DNA of 64,000 nt, from NCBI GenBank assembly GCA_001949185.1, contig BDGG01000005.1:2035249-2099248 (forward strand). The letters are read 5' to 3'. Below are positions 38,499 through 51,380 of the stretch, piece by piece. The stretch comes from Ramazzottius varieornatus (Eukaryota; Animalia; Tardigrada). The translations under genes and the position numbers were made by a program. The stretch's first letter is position 1, and the number at the start of each line of letters is the position of its first letter. Below the pieces are notes generated by a model that saw only the letters and a program-made list of their open reading frames with translations, made no database searches and was not told where the DNA came from.

Positions 38499-41400
38499 TC
38501 ATTCCTCCACCTCCACCGGGTTGTTAATCAAGGAGGATGCAGCGGAAATTGCATCTTGGAGATTTTGTGAATGAGACAAGACGTAGTGTGTCTGGTACGA
38601 GTAGGTTCCGTCTTCGGTGGGGGAGTGAGCGGAAGGATAGGCCTCAGCGATCGGATGGCCCATGTATTGCTCCAGCTCCTCACCTTTGACTTGCACCAGG
38701 TCATCGCTAGAAATGATCGAAGCCAACTCGGTGTCCGGATACACATGCCGGGTGAACGCAGTCGGCTGGTAGGACTGAACCTGATTCGGATAACCATTTC
38801 CGTAATAATATTGGCTGGGATATTGAACGACCGCTTGATAGCCATCGTAAGATTGCGACTGCGAGCTCGAGCCGTTGCTGTCTTCCGAATAGTAAAATTG
38901 TCCTCCTTCGCTTTCCTGACCACCGTAGTACGACTCTTCTTCTGTCGTTCTAGGCTGATACGAGTACTCGTTCGTGTAGTCTTCGCTGGGATACCCAGAG
39001 TCGGTGGAAGTCGGTGGTGAAGGATTGCTTTCGGGATAGCTGTAGTTGACAGTCTGTTGTGGCTGTTGTTGTTGCTGTTGATGTTGTTGTGATTGCTGTT
39101 GTTGGCATAAGTTGTTGGATGCGAATGGGTTCTCGTTCAAGGCTGGACTGTGGGCGGGCGAAGACTCGCTGGAAGTCGAAGCTTCAGTCTCAAGGCTGTT
39201 GCTCGAAATATAAGAAGACTTCTGTGGTTGGTTTGTGGGGTTAATGGGAAGCTTGGCTCGTGCCGGGAAGGGCGTGGTCATGAAGGGATGACCGGATCGG
39301 CTGAAATTGGGATGGTAGGGCGAAGAACCGGTCATACCGGCGGGTCCTGGTGGACGATTCTTCTTGTTCTTGCGACGCGGACGGTACTTGTAGTCGGGGT
39401 AATTCTCCATGTGAAGAACTCGGAGACGCTCTGCTTCTTGTACGAAGGGCTGACGCTCAGCAGGAAGAAGACTTTTCCATTTTCGACCTGTGGAAGAGGG
39501 GAAAAAGGTTGTGACCTGGTTTTTGAGGCTCGGTGTTAACAACTCTTTGAAGAACGAATCACTTGTCTGAAGCTTTTTAGAAATATTTTACGATCTTTTC
39601 TGGCTCGTGCTGGATGTGCTTTTTCATACGTCGAGTGCGTAAGTAATAAAATTCGAAATCGAAGCTGTTTACGCAGCGAACCTCGATGCTTTTCCTGCCG
39701 AAAAAAACCGTGTCAATGCTCGTATTAAACCGCTATAGCGATGAGGAGTTGCAGCTTTGCCCTTCGAGCATACAGACCAAAGGTTCTTCGCAATTTCATA
39801 TATTGTGCAATATTCAAACCTCCTTCGCCTTCTTACATCAAAACGGTTTTATAGTCATCCTAATGATAATATTGGGGTGGAGTTCGCTATCGAACCTCAT
39901 CGGAAATCCCGCTGGAGTTTGCTGATGTTTAACGGAGGACCTTAAGCTTTCGGCTGATGGCGTTTTCTTTGTAGTTTGGGCACGCTGTGAACGCATGGTC
40001 ACTCAAGGTTAGAGGCTTAGCCCGATGGTAAAGCGGGAAGTTGGTAATGGACAAAGATAACGCGGTAACCGGAATGGGTGAAAAAACAGAGTGGAGTGTG
40101 AACTTTGCATATTTAGCGATAGTCGATAGATCGAGGTGAAAGAGAGCGTCCTGCAAGCCAGATGCGGTTCACTTGATAAAAGGAACCATACAACAACCCC
40201 TCATGTATCTTGCGATACTTCATCGACATCAACTTGTTTTTTCGCAGCTTGATACTTTAGTAGATTTGAGGAGCCCGATAACGCTACCCTTGTCAGAACG
40301 TTCGCCATGCGTGTTCCGGGGCCTTGATGCCGTTACACGGATGGCGAACTCGTGAGTGTGAAATTTCTGCTCGCTTATGTGCATGATGGGTTAGCTTTCG
40401 ATTTGGGATGCATGGTTGAATCCATGTTGTTTACGTATTCTAATTCAGGTGTGGCTTCGGATGAAAGGCCCCGACACGAAGCTTCATAATTTAATTTTTT
40501 TAGAAATATATTCATAATTATTTCTGGTGATGGTCACGTTTTGTTTGATGTGTGATAATATTAATATCAGAGACTTCGGTACACAACCTCGATCAGATCG
40601 TGTTTCCAAGTGGCACAAGCTTCAGGCAATATTACGGAGAACGTGCGCCACTGGGGAAAATGATTTGATCGAACTTTTTTGCTGGACTCCGCTTTTGTGG
40701 TCATGATATTGGGAAAAATGTCTTTACAGGAGACTTTGTTCTTTGTCCTACGGTACATCATCTTTGGGAAAGTAAAGCCTGGTTCCTGGAAAAGTTCTTC
40801 GAGGCACGTTTTGTAAAGTAGGATACCTTAGGTAAATCAGCTCGGGAACCTTTGGACTTTATCTGATCCTATACTAGTTAGCTGATACAGAGTATCCTTT
40901 CCGATCGTTACAGAGCGGAAGTCTTACTGTAGTACCCGGTGTCCTAATACTTTGCAGCTTCTGTCCTGGAACAGACTTCGGAAAACGATCCGAGACCTTT
41001 TCGAATTCGGTGTTTCGCGTCGGCCTTATCGGTTATGCAATTGAGTCTTCCCATAGTCCCGTAAACATGTTTTGTCTTCCTAGCTCGACTGTAACGAACG
41101 AAGTTTACCATAAAAGACACGTTAGGTATTTTTCTTGGCTCGCCAGTCGCCACACTGCTAACTGTAACAGTTCTGTCCTCGTTCTTGCTATTAGGTTATC
41201 TTATCTTCGAATGTCAAGGTTGCTACTGTTTATGCCGTACTTTTTGGCTTGGAAATGCTTTTCTCACGAGGAATCCTCTGCATAATGCATCCGTGAACTC
41301 CGTTGATCCGTAGTTTAAGAAGTTATTCACTAGCAAAGAATTCCAATTTCTGTATCGGTTTATCGTGACGATCTTCATCTTTGGTTTTTCACTACTAGAG

Positions 41401-41986
41401 TAGTGTGCAGCAAACGGGGAAGTGTTGTCGAAAAATGCTTGTTCGAGGTTCTTACCAAGGAGTCGACTTAGGTCAGCGTTGTGTAGATCGGGATTCTGGT
41501 CCGCCATTCGTCGTCTCTCCACTTTTGCCCAAACCATGAAGGCCTATTTTCGAACCAGAATTTAGACGATTTTTAAACGCTTGTAAAATACTCGTACACA
41601 GGCTTCAGAAAGACGCAGCTTAAACTTACGTTCATAGGTCTTCGAATGCGCTGCGCTCTCAGGGACTTGCAAGCTGCTGCGGCGGCTTGCGCGGAAGTTG
41701 CGGACCAGGAAGTCGCTGTTGGGGGAAACTGCTGCTGACGCTGCGAGAGATCCGCGACATTGGATCTCTGCGAACTCGAATACGAGGTTGCACCCAGCAT
41801 CAACGATCCATATGATCCCGTTTCTCGCTTAAGATAGTCGCGAAGTCGAGTGGCTGGAAGTTCGGCTGTGAGGTCCGCTCCCAAATGATGAATGTGGGAA
41901 ACATAGCCGGTTGGGCTGTCTTCGGAATGAAAAGACTCTCCGCAGTACTGCAGGCTTCTGATGGGCGCAAGAGTTGCATTCGTCAT
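38499..41986 (-). CDS. SoxF: SoxF-group HMG-box transcription factor
   Basis: HMG box [48 protein letters not shown] over three exons; C-terminal EELEQYM motif. Confidence 0.88.
40570..40691. mobile_element. Palindromic element family A (SoxF intron)
   Basis: TCGATCAGATC..CCAAGTGGCAC..GTGCGCCACTGG..GATTTGATCGA. Confidence 0.78.
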
Positions 41987-42715
41987 TCTGAAATCGTATC
42001 CGAAAACCAGGAGGAAATGTTTTGGGGAAATCCCGAAATTGTCCTTTTTGTTTTAGATGGACCGTGGCAAGATGAACTGATGGAACTGGACGAACTGTAG
42101 CTTATGTAGGCCGGAATATTGTGACCGTTTTCAGTCGTTGGTGTACGCATGTAATGATGAGCTACATACGCAAATTTCGTACAGCAGCAAGGTCCTTCGG
42201 TTGAAGGGACCAAAGTACGATTCTCGTTCCGCTCCGTAGATGAAAGGTAGCAATAATGGTCCCACTAACGAACTGTACGTACGAGGGACCACCGTGAAGG
42301 TTCTCCATGAAATGTGTGCATGCAAAAGCCAGAGATAAGAGCTGTATACGACAATCTTCGTGGAAGAGTCAGAGTCACCTGTATTGCTGTCTGACACAGG
42401 TTACAGATGCCGGATGTCGGCGGGGAAAGAAGTGGTGATATCTGTCACGTGCTGTAGTCTCTAATCGGTGTGGGCAAATAGAGCTCCAGACTGACTCAGC
42501 TGTCGGAAGTCAGATCTTTTGTTGTCATTTTCACGGAGACTTGATAACTCTCCCGATAAGAAATTACCAATGTTGATTCTCGACGAATTGACGTCAAATA
42601 AACCACGGGTCTGAAAGCACAGCGGTGCTTGTCTCACAATAAACTAAAAGCATAAAACATTAAAACAGTCTCTATTATCAACAAGAACAAGGTCTTTTAT
42701 TGTTGCAGCCAAAGC

Positions 42716-45358
42716 TTATACAGGAGGGACGTTAGTTTTGCTTTTGTCACTCTCTGGAGCGTTTCCTTGTACGGCGTTCTGAAAGAACTTCTCATAATCA
42801 GCCCGGTTCGGCGCGAACTTGTCCACCTTCTCTAGAAGCTGCTCCGTATAACCAGGTGAGAAGTACCTGCAACGAAATATGTTTCAAATTTGCTTCCCCA
42901 CACCAGACTGATCTGGGAGCTTGGTAGGCCGCAGAAGTACTCGCAAGGTTACTTTCCCAAGTGGCACATTTGTTCCAGCGTTATGGATGAACGTGCGCGC
43001 CACTTGGGAAAACCAACCTTTGCAAAGTATGTTTGGCGAGCTCGCATCTGCTGTACTCACTTGACTATGTCCGGTGGGTAGCAGGCATTTACAGCCTCGA
43101 TAGCATCCCACAGTGGCGTTCCTCTCTCTACTTCTAGTTGCTGGACGTACTTCAGGCCGCCATTTACAACAAAGGCTCTTCTGGACTTTGCATCATGCGG
43201 CAAGATCTGTGAGTTTCAACAGGGTGTATTTTTCTCAAGTCGACTGTAACGGTAAAATTTCCAGACTGTACAGTACATATACCTTGCAGTACTGAAGTAT
43301 GACAGCGTCTTTGATTCCGGAAGGTCCTGAAGGTCCTTGCTCCAGCAGCATATCCAGAGTTGGGAGGTAAATGCATTTGTCGATGATACTTTTTAAGGTT
43401 TTTCGGCACTGCAATTTCAGACAAAATGTTATACGTACCACTACACAGAAATTTGCACTGAAGCGAAAGCTGGTACTTTATTCCGTAGGTCTTCTGAAGC
43501 GCTGGAGCCGTCCTTGATGTAGCATAGAATGGTGGATACGATGTCGGTAGAACAGATCGCTGTTGCGTGCTCGGAACTGTGTCCTGCTAGCTGACCAATG
43601 GTCCACACTGCAGCAGCTTTCACGAAGAGCTCTTCTTCCGGGTCCTTCAACGCAGCTTGTAGACAGGGTATCGCCTGTCAACATTCACACTCAGTATTCA
43701 TCATATTTCTTTGGGAGTCTGAACCTGCAACTTCTCCTTCAGGTACCTTGGCGAGAATGATCGCTGCAGCGATGGTTTCTGAGTGGGCGGCCAAATAACC
43801 CAACGTCATCAAGGCAGGAACCCGCGCCGGTCCGCGATGGTACTTCAGGTATTCCACGGTGGCTCCGATGCCTCCGCTATTCACCACCATTTGAGCCATC
43901 TTGAACAAGAAGAAAAGCGAACTTAAATCGAGCAAGCGTGTGGGGAAAAAGGGACATCGGCACAACAATTCAACCAGGTCGTTTTCCCGGGTGGCGCACG
44001 CTTCGATCACTAACAATGAAAGCGTGCGCCACTTGACAAATGATCTGGGTGAAATCATATGCCGATGTTCCAAAGAAAGTTTGCCTACCTCCTCGTTGTG
44101 TTTTGCAAATTCGCGTAGTAGTCCGACGCAGTTCTGAGCGACCTTCTCATCCTTGTCTCTCATGGACAGTAGCATGTTGGGCAGGACATCCGCATCGATG
44201 ACTACTTCAGCCAGGACGAGAGAGTGCTTGGCTATGTGACTCAACGCGGAGAAGACTAGTCTCTACCACAGAAAGATCTATCAGGTACCGCGTGGAAATA
44301 GTCCAGTAACACTTGTCGGATATCCTTTAGCTCACCTTTAGTCTGACGTCGTCTGAAGATATCATCTTGGCGATGAAGGGTACAGCGCCAGTGTCCACGA
44401 TGGTTTGTGCCAGTTCGGGAGAGTGCTTGGATATATCGGATATGGCGCCGACGGCCGCCCTTTTCAAGGATACTTCCGGTTCGCGGAGACACATGACTAG
44501 CAAGGGTCCGGCACCTGAATCGACGACTCCTTGGGCTAGTTCGGTGTTGTGGCGGGCCACGGAAGTAAGGGCGTCGGCGGCCTGCTCCCGCAGTGCAATT
44601 TCGGGCGTATCCAAGCAGGTAACCTATAGCCGCACATTTTCCATGTTACTTTTACGAAATCACACAGAAGGAAGCTAATTCTGCCTGACAAACCATGGCA
44701 GCAGCTCCTCCACACTCAACGACAGCTTGAGCGAGCTCCGGACCATGTTTGGCGATGGATTTCATGATGAAGCAGGACGCACGCTTATACATAGCCTGAA
44801 GGTATGAAATAAGCATAAAGGTCCTTCAAATACCATCCTTCTCGATATTGTTCCCCTCGACAATGGTATGACTGAACACTTACGGCGTTTCTCGCGATGC
44901 CATAGATAACTTGAGGGAGAATATCACCAGTAACAACGCCAGCCGCAAGGTCCGCGCTGTTCTCCGCCAGTCGACCAAGAGCCATTGCGGCCATATACTG
45001 AATGTTTGGTCTCATGTCTAGCAGTAAAGGACGCAGAAGCGCCATCACACCTTTGGTAAAGAGAACCCATCAGGGTACGTACACGAAGCCGCATGGTATA
45101 ATATAAATGCTGGCTTAATTACCTTCTTGTTGCAGAAATTCGATATTCTTCGATCGTGATGCCAACTCCGAGATGGTCTGAACGAAGGTCGTCTGCGCTC
45201 TGTGGTAATCATCGAAAACTGCGGATAAATATCATTCAGGTGAGGAAATATCATTTCGAAAAAAACACACAAGAACATAATTTTGTCCGAGCAATACAAT
45301 TCGAAAGAAATCCAATACCTTGACTAATTTGTCTTTGATTCAGAACCCTGCCGTTCAT
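42716..45358 (-). CDS. SPAG6: Sperm-associated antigen 6 (PF16), armadillo repeats
   Basis: RQISQVFDDY.., LLRPLLLD, DISKHSPELAQTIVDTGA, LGYLAAHSE and RYFSPGY. Confidence 0.9.
42915..43045. mobile_element. Palindromic element family A (SPAG6 intron)
   Basis: TTTCCCAAGTGGC..GCCACTTGGGAAA; ATCT on both flanks. Confidence 0.82.
43951..44071. mobile_element. Palindromic element family A (SPAG6 intron)
   Basis: GGGACATCGGCA..TGCCGATGTTCC arms; core with N24 spacer. Confidence 0.85.
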
Positions 45359-45616
45359 GGTGAGGGCAGCAGTGAAGAACCAATTAACGAATAATAAGTG
45401 TCACATCGGGCAATGAATATTCCGTATTGCAGCTTGGAGCATCCCTAGCCGTTCCTGCTGACCATACCGATTGTACCACCGGGCGCGTTGTTATGGTGCC
45501 TTACACAACACTTGCCGCCATCGTTCCATCTGTGGGAGATAGCCTGGAGCTCGTACTCAGTATTGAGTCCTGTGTGTACTATTGGGCCCGAAGGATATTT
45601 CATCCATATTAGAATC

Positions 45617-46846
45617 ATGGTGGGTAAACTGTGCCTTGGGTTTCGATTGCTTCGCAGCATTGAGCTTGCAAGGTATCTGACGGTATCTCTGTGTGTGTCA
45701 CAGGATGACAATCCCAACATGTGCGAGTTTCGGAAGGCCGGCCTGCCGATATACTTCCTGGTAGGCGGACCCGGCTCCGGGAAAGCTACGCAGGTGCGAT
45801 CCAGTCTGATCCTTTTCTATTGTGCATCCTCTCTGACTTTCGTTTCCTCTTTGTGACGCAGTTTTAACGTTCGATAGGCTGCGAGGTTGCAGTGTAAGCT
45901 TGGCTACACAGTTATCAATATAGGAAAGCTTCTCCGTGATGAGGTGTGTTCTGGATCTGGCAATGCGAAACTGAACCATACGCTAGATACCGGCGAGCTA
46001 GCTCCACAGGTTGGTGTCATCAATCTTTCTTTGCATTTTACTGACCAGCTTTGTACGCAGGGAAATAATTTGGTGAGTCCAGCTTTTTTTTACTTTAGGA
46101 CGTGGCCATGAAGTTGCTTAAAGAAGCTTTGCTCAAAAGTCTTTGTGCGCGAAAGCCCATCTTGATCATTGGCTTCCCACGGAACGTCTGTCAGTTACAA
46201 GCGTTCGAAAAAGAGGTAGAAACTACTTGTGAAGCTTCCTTTACACGATACAGAACCCAACAGCAGTTTCGCTAGCGACCGTGGGCTTTTGTTGATCGCA
46301 GATCTCGCAAGCCAAAGGAACTTTCTACCTCGATGCTTCTGACTGCACGTTGAAGAACCGACAGAAGTTCCGAGGACGAGCCGATGATAAGCTGGAAACC
46401 ATTGAGAAAAAACTTCACATCTTCAGGAAACAAACGCGACCAATGATCGAGCAGATGATCAACACCGGAAGAATATCCAGAGTAAGTGCTGGGTATAACC
46501 TTTGCCGCCGTGAGCAACCTGACTGCTGTTTGGCCCTGTTGCATCCTAGATCGATGGAGAGAAGCCCACCGACGAGGTCTTTGCGGAACTGTACAAAGCT
46601 TTACAAAGTCAGAGCAGCTGTGTCCAGGCAAACGCCGGATGTAACGAGAGGGAGAACGAACCTGGTCTTCGTGCAAAACCGGTGCCTAGTCCGTGTGGAC
46701 CCACGGTAGCCAGCCCGTGTGGACAACCGGTACCTAGTCCGTGTGGTCAGCCTAAGAGGCCCAGCGGTGGAGCCTGCGGTCAGCCGCCGGTGCCACCGCC
46801 ACGCCGCAATACTTGTGACCAGCCCAGCAGAGATTGTGGCCGTTAG
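45617..46846 (+). CDS. Adenylate kinase (AK1-like) with SPCG-repeat C-terminal tail
   Basis: P-loop GGPGSGKAT, IGKLLRDEV, GFPR and GRADD. The last exon encodes PVPSPCGPTVASPCGQPVPSPCGQP. Start codon uncertain. Confidence 0.75.
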
Positions 46847-47600
46847 ACCGTCTTCTTGGCTTGCTTCTTTGTTATACTTCAGCGACCCCAGTCTCCTCAT
46901 AAGTTCGATGTGTCGACTGAATCGATTCTGTACCTTCGACTATTCGCGAGAGATATCCAGACTTGCGCCATTTTGATCAGAGTTTACATGCCGGTTCCCC
47001 TCGTTGACCCATGATCCCGCCGTAACGCTATTCCATCTCGATTCCCATGCAGTTATTTTTCGCAGTTTCTTCATGCATGGCGCCGTAATAAAATCTTGGA
47101 GCCACCGTCAGGTGGGCACTTGACTGGCAAGCATCGCTTGGCACTGTGTAGTGTTGTGGTTATCACCAATCAAGCCGCTCAACGGTTTTATGCAGGGGGC
47201 TACTTGTGACGCTGTTACCCCAATTTCTCCTAATCGATTTAATCAAGCCCATATTTCATGTTACTTGATAATATTTGGCAAGGCGACCCGTGAATCTGCT
47301 ACAGTACGCGGTCCATGGATAATTTAAGTTAGGCACGACCATAGATTATACATGAGCTGCTGAATATGGCCTTGCACAAACTAAGCTTTGCTTCATCTGC
47401 CGATGCGCGGTACTTCTGGTCCCCTGGCCACTTCATCCGACATCTTTCGCGGATTTTTTGTCGGCGATAAGTCTTAGATCGCGAGGCGGGTCATACTGGC
47501 CGAATTAGAAAGTTGAGATCGGCTCTTTTGCATCCCGCTATGCTGGGGAAGATCAGCTGATAGGATCTCTGATCCCCGTTATGTATGGCCCCTTGCACTT

Positions 47601-47838
47601 TCGTACGCGTGAATCAGTCCCGGGTAGTCAGCACGCGGTAGACCGGCCAATCAACGAGCAGCTGTCAATCAGTCGATTTTGAATGTCCAGTATCGCACAG
47701 GGTTAGTCCAGCGTGCATTGATTACCTGATTACCTGATTATCTGCTCATGGCGTAAATTCGTCCGACTGATCGATAGTTGATCGTTGATTAACCGGCCTG
47801 ACACGTGCTCAATACGCGGGACTGATTTACGCGTACGA
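47601..47838. mobile_element. Long-armed (~75 bp) inverted-repeat element abutting an N gap
   Basis: TCGTACGCGTGAATCAGTCCCG..CGGGACTGATTTACGCGTACGA, with arms continuing imperfectly to about 47675 and 47764. Confidence 0.75.
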
Positions 47839-48391
47839 NNNNNNNNNNNNNNNNNNNNNNNNNNNNNNNNNNNNNNNNNNNNNNNNNNNNNNNNNNNNNN
47901 NNNNNNNNNNNNNNNNNNNNNNNNNNNNNNNNNNCTAAGAACTATGGCCGTAAAAGAAACCATAAAAAAAATGTTGGATGAGTTGGCCAGGAGGCACCCA
48001 TCGGTAGATGAAACAGAGCTTATTTGTAGTGTCCATCAACTAATCGACCATAAGTTCCGGCAGCATTCAAGGCAATCAACGCCAAGCAATGCCATATTTA
48101 GCAGCTCGTGTATGATCACGACTGACAGTCCAGCATTTGTCGGTTTAGGAACGCCCTCATTTTTTTACTTCTCGGTCTCCCGAGTTCCGAAACGATTACC
48201 AGTTTCTGGCTGTAGCAAACTCCTAATGATCTTTGATGATGGACGACAGGCTCATTCCAATGCGGGAAAAGTGAGTAATAAAAGTACGTACCGCATGATT
48301 CGCATCTACATAACACCATATGAGACTTACATCCGGGATTCCGGGGCCTATAGGTAGAAGATCGTTGTCTTTGCAGGGTTCGCATTACAAC

Positions 48392-50179
48392 ATGGACGGC
48401 TCTCCGAGTCTCGATGCACAAGCGGCAAGGATGGACAGCGCTCCGAACATCCGTCCATCGCTGCAGTCGTACACGTTAGATAACGGCTTAGTCGTGGAGT
48501 CACCGATCCCGCAGGGTGTTCCGCAAAAGTCACACTGGCCCGACTGGCGCGGAAAGTACTGGTGCAAGGTGTGCTTGCACGCCAAAGTGACGATGAAGTT
48601 CCTGACCAATGAAGAACTGCAGGACCACAAAAAGACGGTGCATGGCACAGTGAACAAGAAGGCTGGCTACCATCCCTGCAAATACTGCGAGCAAGAAGGC
48701 GAAGTCATCTCTTACCGCCACAGCGGCGCTTTGGTGAAACACATCAAGACAGATCATCCGGAAGACTGGCCGAAATATCACGACGAGCAACTATCGAAAG
48801 GTGTCGTGGATCCCATGAATGGTAATATTCAACTGATGCTCTGGCACATATGATGGGACAAGAAGAGCAAGTCAGCCATGTCTAGATTTTTGATTTTCGA
48901 CGTCACTGACTCACTGTACTGCATACAGCGTACGACAAACTTAATCGTTAAAATAGGCGTAACACTCTAGCTGAGCTTACTTAGGACGTAGCCAATGAGA
49001 ATTAGGTTTTGCTGCTAGCGCAAATATCATTGGCTTTAACTATCTGGCTCCATACACCCATTTTTAACGGTTATTTTGTCGTACACTGTATAACGACGTA
49101 ATTAATAATAGGGGCGAAATTAGGGGTGGCCGACTTACTCTACTTGCCCTACGCCTATCGCTTGACACGGAACTTCTAGTTATATATCATACAAGACAGT
49201 AGACCGTATGCATTCAGCATTTGCAGCTTGCAGCTGTAAGGAGGTGAACTGTACAGTCAAGACCCCTCGCGTCTGGAATCTGTGCGAGCATCTTTTTCAT
49301 GTGCATAACTTGGACCAGTACGGAGTGATTGACAGGAAGTTTGGCTCGTATGCTGGATTCAGACTGTGGAAGAAGAACCAAGAAATACAAACCTTTTCGC
49401 GCTTCAAAGTCCCCTTCGGAGTACGGAAGAACAAGTCAGGAACACGATCGCAGTCCTGGTGGTGCGCTCGTAATGACAACGATTCTACCAAGCACAACAA
49501 GGTGTCAGAACGCGTAGAGCGTCGAACACCAGCCTTCCGCTGCACTGCCTTCATTAAGGTAAGACTCAAAGTCCGAAATATGTAGTATACGTCAACATCA
49601 AGAAGGTTTTCTTCTCTCAGATACTGGAAAACACAGATGGAACCATCAACGCATCCTACTGCATGAGCCATTACCACCACGATCCGATTGACGATGCTGT
49701 TAGAGATCGCTCGCATGTTCTGTCGAAGACGCTGAAGTCGAATCCATACGTTCCGAAAGTACGGTTGCGATTTCTTTATTGCCTATAGAGATCTTTTTTT
49801 AAGGTCTGAACATGTTGTTTTATAGCTGCTGCTGTTGCCGAATGCAGCCGATGGATCTTCGCCTGGGACGTCCAAATCGAACACTGTCACCGCTACTCAC
49901 CCTTCACTTCCGCAAGCAGGGTCTCCGAGTTCTTCTTGGGCGTCGACAGAAGCGAAGCTTCCTCTTGCGGAAGCTTTGTTCTCCTCCGAAGAGTACAAGA
50001 AGCGATGGATGTCGGCGAAGAACTTTGTCGACGACCTGTCCGAACAGAACACGCAGACCATTCCAGTACTGCAGAAGATTATCGAGATGATGGAGGATAT
50101 AGTTGAAGAGACTTCTCGACATTGTCGAGACACCAAAGAGGAAATCGAGTCTCAGAAGCGTCGAATTGGTCTATCTTGA
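48392..50179 (+). CDS. C2H2 zinc-finger protein with FAR1/WRKY-GCM1-like (Mutator-type) DNA-binding domain
   Basis: CKVC..HKKTVH, CKYC..HIKTDH and CKEVNC..HLFHVH, then WWCAR..RCTAFIK..YCMSHYHH; C-terminal coiled coil. Confidence 0.65.
48924..49090. mobile_element. Tc1/mariner-type MITE (zinc-finger gene intron)
   Basis: TA-CAGCGTACGACAAA..TTTGTCGTACACTG-TA, with inner AGCCAATGA..TCATTGGCT. Confidence 0.7.
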
Positions 50180-50621
50180 ATGTTGAACGAGGTTTTGGGA
50201 GGAAAGACGTCTTATGGCTCTCTTTTTCTTTTCTCGAAATTTTTGTATTTGGTTAACCCGAGTTTCTTTCATTTGAATGGCTCGCGAGTTTCTGGTACCA
50301 GTCCTAGATGAGCTCGAAGCTTTTGGCAGTTTTTATCTGCAGGTTATCGTTATAATTGACGTATTCTGTGTTTCGTTCTGTGTTCCTGTCAGGTTCGCAG
50401 TTCCCGCGAACTCTACAGGACTTTTGCGAAGGAACAGGACTTTTTCATGTCTCACATTCTTCCCTGGATACGTGGCTGTTACGTTTTGCAAAAGGACAAA
50501 TTTAGTAGATAATACCCTCCTTGAATTGGCCGCTATCGATAGTTGGTCAGAAATTGGGAAAACTAATGTACTGGAGATTTGAAAGTCCGGAATCCGGGAA
50601 CCGGGGTTGTGCTTAAACAAC

Positions 50622-50766
50622 TACTGTATTCCCGCGAAAGTTTTGCGCAGTCACATGACAGGCCCATACATCAGGCCCCGGGTGATCATAGTCCAATCAG
50701 CAGCCCACAGGGATTATTTTATAGGCCTGTCATGTGACTGCGCGAAACTTTCGCGGGAATACAGTA
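50622..50766. mobile_element. Young TA-flanked MITE
   Basis: 43-bp arms (including TA) with one mismatch: TACTGTATTCCCGCGAAAGTTTTGCGCAGTCACATGACAGGCC and its reverse complement. Confidence 0.85.
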
Positions 50767-51380
50767 ATAGGCCTGTGGTTACTAGTGTGGTAAGTATAGG
50801 TTTCTGAATTGTCCAGATCAAATAACTTGCAATCAATTGACAGACATGTTGTGTTATGTAAAACTGGCTGATGTGAGCTGAGTCACCTGAAGGCTTTGTG
50901 GCTTTGAAGTGAAGAGCGTGACTGCTACGCGATTCATTTTCCTTCGTAAAGCAGTTTCCAAGTTCCAACTTTCTATTCCAGAAATCTTCAATCGTTCGAC
51001 GGTCATCAGACGGACCTTCGGTGGTAGGAGACTTCACCACACAACCTTTGGTTACTGGCACTCTCTCCGTTGGCTTGCTTGGCGAGGTAAGTGCGAAATA
51101 GATATTTACTGATAGTGGCATTCCTCTGGTTGCCTCAAGTCTGAAATATGTTTATTCTGTTATGTGTTGCTTGGGGAGCCTGCTTGATGCCGAGGGTTAT
51201 TGTGGAGCTCTTGAACCGAGATGAGAGCTGGGCTGCTATGACTGGAACCACTGAAGCTAGACTGGAACCACTGAAGCCTGATAGAGCACGGACACTGGCG
51301 TAATGTGACAACATTATTAAATTATTTTGTTTGTTTCTAGCTTGCGAAGAGAACTCTACGATTAAGGAGACGACGCCAGA

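Noticed and set aside
51240-51277. Short two-copy tandem duplications (also near 1877-1912 and 16060-16086)
   Set aside because: Ordinary local slippage duplications with no evidence of function.
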